From Naegleria gruberi (lineage: Eukaryota), in assembly GCA_000004985.1 (NCBI GenBank), contig GG738863.1: DNA of 64,000 bases, one strand, 5' to 3'. This document shows, in pieces, positions 35,171 through 45,342 of the stretch (position 1 is its first letter; the number at the start of each line of letters is the position of its first letter). A program made the translations under genes and the position numbers. Under the pieces are notes generated by a model. That model ran no database searches, had not been told where the DNA came from, and saw only the letters and a list, made by a program, of their open reading frames with translations.

Positions 35171-37752
35171 TTATTTTGTTAAACTTAAAAACATGTGATG
35201 CTCTCCAAAACTAGCAGATTTGATCTTCAATCCCAAATTTGTGTTGTCAAGATTTGGGCATGAGACGTTCAAAATTTCTACTGGAATATCGACTGCGATT
35301 GGAATGTCATGATAAAAGTAAAATCCTTGTTGATAAGGCCAACTGACTAACTCTTGATAACTGTTATCGCCTGAAACAAAGACTCTACCATCAATTCCCA
35401 CAAACAAAGTGTGATCGAATTTGGCATACACACTTTCAATTTCTCTTCTACTTAATGGATGCATATCAAAGTCATTATGTTGTGGTTGGAAATTAATCTT
35501 GAGAGGAATACAACTTGATGGCAGTTCAGTCTTAGTTCCCAATTGGCCCTTACTATTACTTCCTACAGTGTAGACAAAGTTTTGACCATTGACAAACACT
35601 GAATGGTTAGCACCTGCAGCAATAGCAACTATTGGGGTTCTGTTGAACAAATTCAATGGCAATTCTGATGGCACACAAACCTTCTTGATTCTTTCAAAAC
35701 CACACTGACCATTTCTATTATCACCACAAGTAAATACTCTTCCTGATTCGGTCAAAATTATAGTATGATTTTCACCACATTTAATATCTTTGAGTTGCTC
35801 ACCCTTAAATGTGGCAACTTTAGTCATGGATGGAATGAACTCTCTATGGTCATCAATACCAAGTTGTTTGTGATTGTTTGAACCACAAGCATACAAATCA
35901 TTATTGGCTAAAACAACTGTATGATTCTTGCCTGCTGCTATATTGGAGACAAACACTTCTTCATCCCAAACAACTTCACAAAGAGTATTTACATCCATAT
36001 TGTGACCTTGACCTAATTGACCAAACTGATTTGAGCCATATACAAACAATTTTCCATCATTTCTCTTCATAATGTAATGACATGATTGCTCATTTCCATT
36101 GCAATCAATATCTTCAATATTATCCAAATCAAATTCAATCAATGATGAATCCTTTGGACCTCCTAGAATATATACACGACCTGTTTCACTCAAAAGCATG
36201 GTGCTAGAAGCAGCACAACACACTTTCTTAATATTTGGTATGTCTTCAAATACTGAATTTTCCTCGTCCAAAAACCCAAGAGTTGGGTGAAGAATGCAAT
36301 TTTGCATACCAGTTTGGTTGTTCATATTGGATCCTGAGACTACCAATGTACAATCATTTGGATCCTTTAAACCTTGGGCAAATGTTGTAAATGTGTTGTA
36401 CTTTGGAACTAAATCTCTGTACTCCTCAAAGTATGGATGTTGAAGTATTTGTTCAGTGGTCAATCTCTCTTCTTGATTAATGTTCAACATTCCTCTCAAC
36501 AAGTCAAGTTCCTCATCTGTACAGGATCCAAAAACAAAGTTTGCAGAGCCATCTTCAGTCATTCCCCATCCCTTTTCTGTTACCAATGTTGTGACATGGT
36601 TTTTGACATTAAATTGTTGGTCACACCAGTCATTTTCAGTTGGTTTTCCAAACAGTTTTACAATACATTCCCAGATTTCTGTTGATGTAGATCCCTTAAA
36701 TATTGGGATTCCTCTGAGAAGGAAGGCAAAAATGGTTCCCAGGGTCCAAACGTTGTTGACTCTTCTGTTATTATCGCCACCGGTGACATCTCTGAAAATT
36801 CGTTCATTCTTTGTCGCAAACAAATAATCTCTAGAGTAATTCTTGCTTGGGCTTGCAAAGGATGATCTTCTTGGAGTTCTTGGGGATTTTGGTGAGGAAA
36901 TGATTGAGCTTCTTGGCGATTCAAGTATAGAATTTCTTCTTGGTGTCATAGATCCACCAGGAAATTCAATGGATCTTCGTGGTGTTGCAGTATAACTGTA
37001 AATATCATTGTTTGAATCATCTTCAATGGACACACTGGTGAGATCAAATAAACCAACTTTACAACCATCACCAATAACAATTAAATGAGGATCGACGGCA
37101 AATCTATGAAGACACTGATGAACCATTCCAGCCTTATGGATTTCATTAATTGCGGAAACGATTTGGAAAAATACAAATTTTCTCTGCTCATTATTAAGCA
37201 AACCATCCAAAATGGCATCAACCAATGAAAGTTCTAAGGAAATCGTGTCAATACAACGAAACAGTAGAATAATTACTTACGCATGTCTCCGTTTGGATAC
37301 AAAAAATAGGTCAGACCATCATCAATTGGTATCACCTTTTCTGGATGAATTATATTATCATGACGGAATGATTGGAGAAGTTTAATATATTTCATACATT
37401 TTTCTCCATCATCAACTGGATCCTTTTCATAAGGAAAGGTAAATTGGTCGACTAGCTTGTGAGTTAATTTCAGAACGAGTACATCTTTTTCTAATCCCTT
37501 TTCCTTAGCTGTAAATAACTCAACTTGAGGTACCCGATGAATATTATCACCAATCACTGCTTGCTCACTTTCCAATATTCTTTGAAAATGCTCCAATCTT
37601 CCAGTGATAACCTTTCCTAATGTTGATAACATAAACTTGTAACTACCAGCAGAAATTGGACTTCCCTTATTGGCCAATGTGTTTTGTTGGTTCTGGAGGA
37701 GAATATCTGCATTGATGTAGTTTGCAATTTCCGTGAGAGTGGCTCTCTGCAT
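35171..37752 (-). CDS. Protein-kinase-like (probably catalytically dead) domain fused to a C-terminal RCC1-repeat beta-propeller. Two exons: 37281-37752 and 35171-37233.
   Basis: The kinase fold is recognisable (..KYIKLLQSFRHDNIIH.., ..VFFQIVSAINEIHKAGMVHQCLH..KVGLFDLTS..). HRD is replaced by HQC, DFG by GLFD, and there is no GxGxxG loop. Downstream RCC1 blades carry GQLGQG, NHKQLG, GQCG, KGQLG. The 50-nt intron GTAAGTAATTATTC...CCTTAG was checked in-frame (..PNGDM|QLSLVDAILDG..). Confidence 0.65.
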
Positions 37753-38338
37753 TTTTTTATATTTGTATTATCTACGTAGTTTGATGCTGAGTGTCGTTGT
37801 TGGTGATGAATATGCTACTACTGTGAGGGGTGGTTCCTAATGTGATGGGTAATGAAAAAATTTAAGGCTCTCTCAGCAGGTGGAGATAGATTTAATAACA
37901 AACTATCAAACAATAACAGCGGTCAAATCACTGAAAACCATAAATAAAGATTTTGACAAATAAAGATTATTAATGAATTAACGCTCTGAGTGATGCCATC
38001 ATTGATTCTTTTCATAAGGAAAGGTAACTTGATCGTGGTGGATTAGTGCAATTGTAAAGATGAAAATATTTAATTGTACCTTAGGAAAGGATTGGACCCT
38101 CTCTGAATAAGTACTTGCTAATACGTATGTTAACGTTCTAATTAGTGTATTTACATTTCCTTTTTCATATTTAATAAGATTAAGCAGAGAGAAAATGACT
38201 CATAGTAATTGCATATTTGGTATTTCATAAGCCATCAACACATCAAACATAAATACATCATAAAAATATTGATTGACTGCTCGTAAACAACATTCAAGCA
38301 TTGTCATGGTAAAGAACGGAAAATACTAAGAAGGATAT

Positions 38339-39775
38339 TTACTTCTTTCTTTGTAATTCTTGTCTGAGATAGTCTATAAAGTAGGCTTTTGAGTTGATGG
38401 CTCTGTATTCGTGATAGGTACTCATGATATAATAAAGCTCACTAATGGTTATCTTTGAAGAAATAATAGATTCTAATACTTCTGTCAAATCCTTAATACA
38501 TTGTTCATCCTTAAATGTTGAGTAGTAAACAGATTTTCCAGTAACTTTGGCAGCACATAATTGTTGGACAAATTTCAAAACAAAGTCTCCACCGAATTGC
38601 CCACATCCCCATCTTCCTGAGGTAATTTCTTTCTCAGGTACATTTTTGAATCCCAAGTAGGCCTTGTTGAGGTCACGTTTGATCATTTCAGGTTGGAAGT
38701 GCTTTCTAGATATGGCATCCATAATAATAATATCAACAGTATGTCCAAGAGGTTCGTATAAACCTGTAAATTCAAAAGTATTGAGATAGCCCTTATATTC
38801 GCTATATCTGACCATACCTCTCATGGTCATAATTTCTGTATCACTCAAAGATTCACAAATGAGGAGAGTGAGGAAAGATTCTGGGCAACAACTGAAAAGG
38901 ATTTCTTCTTGAGTGAGTGATGGAATAATTGAACCAATGTGAATGAAACGATTGGCAAAATCAACAAATCCACGACACAAAATATCCTCCATTCTTCCAT
39001 CATGAAGCTTGATAATAGACTTGGCTTCTTCTGCATTAGAAAAATCGATGTCCTTCATTTCAGCCCAATTTGGTTCCTCCTCTACTGTCAAGTTGTGACG
39101 AGTAAAAACAATATCCTCTCTATCTATGCACAATTGTTGTTCATGATTAGCTTGTTGATAAAAGTAACTTAATTGACAAATAATTCTTTCAATAGATTCC
39201 TCCAAACGACATACATAAAGTCTATTGAAATCCAAAACTCCAAAATCTCTCTCCCTATCTTTTTGCATAAAATTGTGTATTTCCGAAGAAATGTTCAAGA
39301 AGAAGGCATTTGCTAAAATGCAACGAACATCCTTTGGTTTGACAGTGAATGAACCTTGTTGATGCATCTCAATGAGTGGTAATCTTTCGATCAATTCGCT
39401 CTCTGTTGCTTCGAGAGCATATTGAGCAATCTTTGGAAGCAAGTGTTGGTAAAAATCAAATTCCTTATGTTCTTCGCCTCTTCCACGAATATATTCTTCA
39501 AAACTTTCAATGGCAACTTCAAGACCTGGGAACCCGAATCTTCTCTTTGAAGCATCGGTCTGGAATAAGTGAAGAATATCTTGAAGCTCTTCATATTCTT
39601 CAATTTCTTCTATTCCTTCCAGGATGGCTCTCGTAATCTCGGTTCCCTTTATAAAGAAACGATGACGAGTAGGCTCATGAACATGAATTTGAAACAACTT
39701 TTCAGCAGAGGCAGTCTTGTGAAGAATTGGTGAAAGAGGAACCTGATCAATGATATTATTATTGTTTGGAATCAT
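38339..39775 (-). CDS. PARG: Poly(ADP-ribose) glycohydrolase (PARG).
   Basis: Canonical catalytic signature IGSIIPSLTQEEILFSCCPE (PARG GGG-X-QEE loop region), RYSEYKGY, RDLNKAYLGF and SGRWGCGQFGGDFVLKFVQQLCAA, closely matching vertebrate PARG ([38 protein letters not shown]). Confidence 0.9.
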   Translation of the reverse strand: MIPNNNNIIDQVPLSPILHKTASAEKLFQIHVHEPTRHRFFIKGTEITRAILEGIEEIEEYEELQDILHLFQTDASKRRFGFPGLEVAIESFEEYIRGRGEEHKEFDFYQHLLPKIAQYALEATESELIERLPLIEMHQQGSFTVKPKDVRCILANAFFLNISSEIHNFMQKDRERDFGVLDFNRLYVCRLEESIERIICQLSYFYQQANHEQQLCIDREDIVFTRHNLTVEEEPNWAEMKDIDFSNAEEAKSIIKLHDGRMEDILCRGFVDFANRFIHIGSIIPSLTQEEILFSCCPESFLTLLICESLSDTEIMTMRGMVRYSEYKGYLNTFEFTGLYEPLGHTVDIIIMDAISRKHFQPEMIKRDLNKAYLGFKNVPEKEITSGRWGCGQFGGDFVLKFVQQLCAAKVTGKSVYYSTFKDEQCIKDLTEVLESIISSKITISELYYIMSTYHEYRAINSKAYFIDYLRQELQRKK

Positions 39776-40394
39776 TTCCTTTTGTCCGCAAATGTGTTGT
39801 TGGTGATGAGATTATATATTTTAAAGACACAAACTTTACCCGCTAACGCAACAAGGCTTTGGTTTGTTTTTTTTAATTAATTGACTTTTTCAACCATCAA
39901 TAATAATTGATTTTCAGTTTCATCTCACACAAGTCGGAGGTAAATTCCAAAGTCCACCCAAAACGCCGAATGTTGTACAACACAAAACTAAAGTCTGTGT
40001 GTTTCGAGTAAAGTGTTGTGTTTTCTTAATTGGCTAGATACTTTCGTATTGGCCATTATATGCCAATGTGTTTTTATGGATTTTCTTTACAATACATTCA
40101 ATTTACAGTTTGTTACAACACTATAAGTCAGTTCAGGCTAATTTCTCAATTTGCAGTTCTTTTCAAGTTCTATATCATTTTTGTAACCTCTTTCCAGTTT
40201 ACAGTAACTGAATTGAATATTTCATCTCATTCAAATTTTCTCCTATTGGCTCAACATGAATCATTTTGATAGAATCACAAAACATTGAAATGTTTAAAGT
40301 TTTGATAGAATTTACTCGACAACCTCAACAATTTTCTTGTTGGTTTTTTTCATTTCAATCAAAAAGGATTTTTCAAATATTTATTATTAAATAA

Positions 40395-42253
40395 TTGAAA
40401 AAAATGTTCAACAACAAACTTGCAAATAATTGTAGTGGTGGTGGTTTACTCATTAAACGAGTACTGCTTTTAAATTCTTTTAAAAGTCAAACTAGTTGGC
40501 TATTCGGAAGAGGAGGAGGGATTAAAGTAACAACAAGGAAAAAGTCAATTCCGATGATGATACCTCTTCTTAATAATCTTCATCAACATTCCTATCACTC
40601 CTGTATGAAACACAATAATGAACATCAGAGCAAGTCACAAAATTATTCTAGCTTGTTGCTTTCCAAATTATTTCAAGTTAGTTCTGAGGATGATAGAAAC
40701 CAAACCATTGAACAGATAAAAAAGGATTTGTTTTTGAAAGAATTGGATTTTGGTGGAACACAAAACATTATTAAACAATTAGATTGCTTAGAAAGGGATG
40801 ATTTTATGAAAATACTAGATGAATTCCTTGAAAGAAAGAGTATATTATCATCGATGAAACATGGGCCAAGTTACAAAATTCTGCTCCGACTCTATGATGG
40901 TCTACCTGATTCGGGAAAGGAAATATTGTTGGAACATTGCATTTACAAACAGAATTTATTTGATATTTGTACTGGAAAATACTCTAGTGCAACAGTTAGG
41001 GAGCTTGTTTCTAAAATGAGCGATAGCGAGTGTGACAGACTTATCAAATTAATTGACAGTAATTTGGTTAAGGAATTATCTAAGGATTCTACAGGTGCCT
41101 TTTTGATTTCAAAATTGCTACAAATAGAAAATCACAAGAGGGTAATGAGAATGGTTGAAGAAAATTTAAGTGAGCTCATTGTCCATCCAATTGGCAACTA
41201 CATTGTGCAAGAGTGCTTTAAAAAAATGGAAGATGGTGAACACTTGTTTATAATTGAAAAATTTAAAGATGATTTCAAACATATTGCTCTCTCCCAACAT
41301 GGGTCAATAGTAATTAAGAAGTTCATGAGTGTTGCATCAGATAAGGTTCTGGATATCTTTTTCACTCAAGTGGTTCTTCCTGATTTTAAAATATTTGCAT
41401 CGAGTAAGTCAACTCCTGCTTTAGATATTATATTTGCTAGGATTAATCTGGACAGGAAGATTCAATTTGTTGAAAAATTGGCACATTATATCATGGATGT
41501 GATTAACACTACTCAAGGATCAATCTTTACAAAAAGCTTATTGTAAAGTTTACAGATCCTCTAACGGAAATATTCTTACAAAATGTCAAACTTAAAATCA
41601 AACCAATCATGGAAGGAACATCTAGTAGCTTTGTAGTGCCAGCTCTTTTCGACCACTGTAACAAGCAAGGAAAGAAGGAGCTGATCACAGCATTGAAGCC
41701 ACACATTTTGGAGATGTCATACAATAGAAATTCCTCTCGAGTTTTACAACACATTTTAAATACATGTGATAGAGGTGAATTGGACTCTATGATATTGCTA
41801 CTTTTATCTAACTTTGATAATGTAATTACTCATGAAAGTTCTGCACCAATATTCCAAATGATTGTAGAGAGAGGGTTTGGCGAATCAGTGTTTTTGAGAA
41901 TGAAAGGGAATATGTTAAGTTATGCCTCTCACCCACTTGGGTCCTATGTTGTTTCTCAGTGTATTAAGAATTGCAAGAAGAGTGTAACAGATCAAATATT
42001 GCTGGAATTACTAGTTGATGATGTATCAAATAATCAAGTCTCTGAGAATAAGGTTCTCCAGCTTGTTAAATCTAAAGCTGGATCATTTGTTTTATTGGAC
42101 TGTTTGCAATTGGTATCTGAAAAGTATGCCAATCAAGCTGTTTTCGATTCTCTCCTCGATACTCTGAGCAAAAACATTCTTTCCATTAGAAATAGCGTTC
42201 TCAAAAAAAGGATTATTGAACTTTGTGAAAAAAGAGATAATAAATTGAATTGA
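40395..42253 (+). CDS. Pumilio-family (PUF) RNA-binding protein, Puf-A/Nop9-like with many repeats. The reading frame shifts from frame 0 to frame 2 between about 41507 and 41546.
   Basis: PUF repeat cores are HPIGNYIVQECF, QHGSIVIKKFM and HPLGSYVVSQCI. Two ORFs, 40395..41546 and 41609..42253. The downstream frame is already open from 41507. No intron of plausible length restores the frame. Confidence 0.7.
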
Positions 42254-42294
42254 TCTGTTAAAGAAATTACAAATTTATTCTCATTTCAGAATAT

Positions 42295-43491
42295 TTAAGG
42301 TAGTGAAACATCATAATCGAGAAGCACAAGGAGTGTTCTTTCAATTATTTCTAAAATCAAGTTTTGATTTTCACCGGCTGCCCCAATAAGAATCTCAAAT
42401 GAGAGAATGAATTGAAAAATTCCTCTACCCTTTTCCTTATTAAATTCCTGCATGAAAGTTTGGAAATCTATGAATGACTCAGTTTTGTTAAATAATTCGT
42501 ATCGTTCCTTTAGAATTGAATAGTAATGAGCATGTAAGAATGATTCCTTTTCATGCTTATCTAATTTGAGATATGTTGCTAAATCAGAGGAGCTGTAAAT
42601 GTAATAGGAAAGATCTTGAATACAGGATCCAACATGCATCCATTGAAAGTCAATCATGGCTATATTTGTTTCCTCACAATCTGATTCTTTCATAAATATA
42701 AAGTTATTCATCCAAATATCACCATGAGCAATAATTCTTGATAATATTGAATCGTTGGGTAACCAATTTTCGTCCATGATTTTGTTAATTAAATTGCAAT
42801 AATGATTCAGATCGAACCCAGCACGTTTAAATATAACTGAATTCTCTACAATATTCTTCTTATCCTTAATGAAATTTACCAACTGACAATCAGCTTTTGA
42901 AAATATGATATTCAAAGTTTTTTCAAACATTTCTGCATTCAATAAATGATTCGGATTACTTTGAGATTGATCTATTAAGTTTCTAATAGTTGGATGAAAT
43001 GAACATGAATGAAATCTAGCAAGTGCCTCCAATGAATAGCAAAAGAAATCTCTTCTCAATCCTCGAACAACCAATAAATTACTTTCCATCCCTAGTTCTG
43101 ATCTAGCTCGATTTTTTAAAAGGTTCTCCATCAAAATAAAACCACCTCCAATGGGAAACATTGACTGATTACATTCATGATTATTGCATTCAACATGGGA
43201 GTTTTTAACTGTAGGGAAAATGATATCAGATACCAGCAAATTATGCTCCTTTAACAAGGGAAGCAGAGTTGAGTAAAAGTAACATTCCCTTTCGTGTATC
43301 TTTACTTGTTGTAACATTGAATTGATCAAGGCATCATTTCTAAAGTGATCATTCTCATAGGATGGAACAATTTTCAAAAGTAGGTCATGATTCCTGTCCA
43401 TGAGAATGGTACCAAGGTAGCCTCCCGATAGTTTATCATTGAAGGAGAAAATATCAATGGAGCAATCTTTCAAGCTTTGATTGTTTTGCAT
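42295..43491 (-). CDS. Ecdysteroid-kinase-like / CHK-kinase-like (aminoglycoside-phosphotransferase fold) small-molecule kinase.
   Basis: AHGDIWMNNFIF (the HGDxxxxN catalytic loop) and IAMIDFQWMHVGSCIQDLSYYIY (DFQ metal-binding motif), as in the EcKL/CHK kinase family. Confidence 0.55.
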   Translation of the reverse strand: MQNNQSLKDCSIDIFSFNDKLSGGYLGTILMDRNHDLLLKIVPSYENDHFRNDALINSMLQQVKIHERECYFYSTLLPLLKEHNLLVSDIIFPTVKNSHVECNNHECNQSMFPIGGGFILMENLLKNRARSELGMESNLLVVRGLRRDFFCYSLEALARFHSCSFHPTIRNLIDQSQSNPNHLLNAEMFEKTLNIIFSKADCQLVNFIKDKKNIVENSVIFKRAGFDLNHYCNLINKIMDENWLPNDSILSRIIAHGDIWMNNFIFMKESDCEETNIAMIDFQWMHVGSCIQDLSYYIYSSSDLATYLKLDKHEKESFLHAHYYSILKERYELFNKTESFIDFQTFMQEFNKEKGRGIFQFILSFEILIGAAGENQNLILEIIERTLLVLLDYDVSLP

Positions 43492-43620
43492 TTTTTTTCA
43501 AATTGGAAATTGCTGAAACAAGATATTTCTTGTGAAGTTGGTGAAAATCAAGACCAGTGTTTGGCAATTGACTTGCTTCAATATGTTGATAGAATTTAAA
43601 TAAATACATTCATCAATGAT

Positions 43621-44998
43621 TTATTCCAAGTTTAATTGTTTGTGGAATAACTTGTATGCTTTCAAAGCAATATCACCATTTCTGTCCCATTGTTGAAGAA
43701 TATCAATCCATTCAATTGGAATAGATGATGCACCATAAATAGCACCTGCAATTGAAGCAGTTACTGCAGTGTATGAATCAGAATCGCCTCTCATGTTGGC
43801 TGATTTGAGAACAGCCTCTGTGAATGAATTTGTAGAGTGAACACAGTGAAGTGCCATAGCAACAGCATCCATTGCATATGATCCAACATATCCAGGTTGT
43901 TGTTTAGCTCTCTTTGCACAGAACTTGAAGTTTGGATTCTTCCAATTCCAATCTCTATCTTCAACACTGAGATGTTGATTGGATTCATGTGAGTCTTCAG
44001 CCTTACTTTCAGATAAACACTTGACACTGTACAAATCGGTGGTGAAATCACTCAAATCTTCAATAACATCCTTCTTACCATCTGCATTATTGATGGCCTT
44101 TACAATAATATGAGCTAATAATCTACACAAGTCGGCAGCTTCATCTCCTTGGTGAGTTGTCTTACTTTGTTTGTAGGCAATTTCCATGGCTGTCTTGATA
44201 TCATCATGATAAAAAACTGGTACGGCAGCATGTCTCATGACACTACCATTTCCTGATGTAAATTTATCACCAGATTCAGTAAAAGCAATAGAGCTATCTC
44301 CCAAAAATTCAGTAAAAGATCCAGAAATATTACCACCAAGACCAACTGATGATCTTTGAGATCCATCCTTTGCAAATCCAAAAGCGTTACAATATCCAAG
44401 ATACCACCAATTCTATATTGTCATAAATTATACCACCTATTAGAAAATAATAAATTATTCTAAACCTACCACAAATCTCAATCTTAAATCAATAGGATCA
44501 AACTTTTGACAAACCAACAAACTATCAGCCAAGCACAACCCCTTTTGAAAAATGTCAATTTCAAACTTGAATACTATTAAAACATACCATTGAAAAATCG
44601 TCTGTCCATTGACCAGGCTTGAGATCAAATCTATTATATTGCTCTTTTTGCCAAATTTCAGCATGATCCAAACCTTTCAATTCATCTGATCCATATCTAA
44701 CTGCTGAAAATTCCAAAGGAGCTCCCAAACTATCACCAATAGCATTTCCAATGAATGCTCCGAGTGCTCTATCTTCATGTGCATCCAAAGTCTTATTTCT
44801 CAACTTGTCTTGAACCAATTGTCTTTCGGAGAGAATCTTTTCAGTCTCATCCAAGACTGAAAATTTAGATAAAGAAAAACTTGTATATTCATTCGATTGG
44901 ATCACTGATACACCTCGTTCCGCATTGGTAAAACAAGCAGCAATGGCTTGTGATCTATTTTCAAAGACTTTCTTTCCGGCTGATTGTGCGTTTCCCAT
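43621..44998 (-). CDS. ADP-ribosylglycohydrolase (ARH/ADPRH family) with an N-terminal MGxxxS myristoylation motif. Two exons: 44561-44998 and 43621-44403.
   Basis: GAFIGNAIGDSLGAPLEF (ARH N-terminal metal-binding motif), NGSVMRHAAVPVFY and GDSDSYTAVTASIAGAIYGASSIP (C-terminal ARH motif). Intron GTATGTTTTAAT...ACAATATAG was verified in-frame (..TDDFSM|NWWYLGYCNAFGFAKD..). N-terminus is MGNAQSAGKK. Confidence 0.8.
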
Positions 44999-45342
44999 CT
45001 TGACTTATTTTTTTAAATTAAATTTAAAATAGAATTTGAAGAAGAACTTTGCTTGGTTTACAATTTTTGCTGTTCATACTTCCAGTTTTTATTGGAGAAG
45101 ATTAACTTGAAAAGATTCATTATTATTGCTGGTTCAATATAGTTTCAATGGTTTGCATTGGGATTGGTTGCAATAATTTGAAAATTAGAGACTTTTGTGT
45201 GGTAATATCAAAAGTTGAATCTCGTTCAATGTTTGGATTGTTGTAAATGATGAGTGATTGTAGGTTGGGTAATTGTAAATTGGTCACTTTGAGTTGTAAT
45301 CTGTCATTTGCAAAGAGATTTAGTTGTTTGAGGTGTGAAAGG

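Noticed and set aside
40030-40269. ORF 40030..40269 in the PARG/PUF divergent promoter region.
   Set aside because: Hydrophobic and low-complexity, no homology, and located where 5' UTRs or promoters are expected.
41543-41555. 13-nt GTAAAGTTTACAG as an intron rescuing the PUF frameshift.
   Set aside because: Far below the minimum intron length seen elsewhere in the window (at least 50 nt). Its length (13, which is 1 mod 3) also does not restore the frame.
44455-44664. ORF 44455..44664 (69 aa) between the two ARH exons.
   Set aside because: It lies within the verified ARH intron (44404-44560) and exon-1 overlap, and is explained by the spliced gene.
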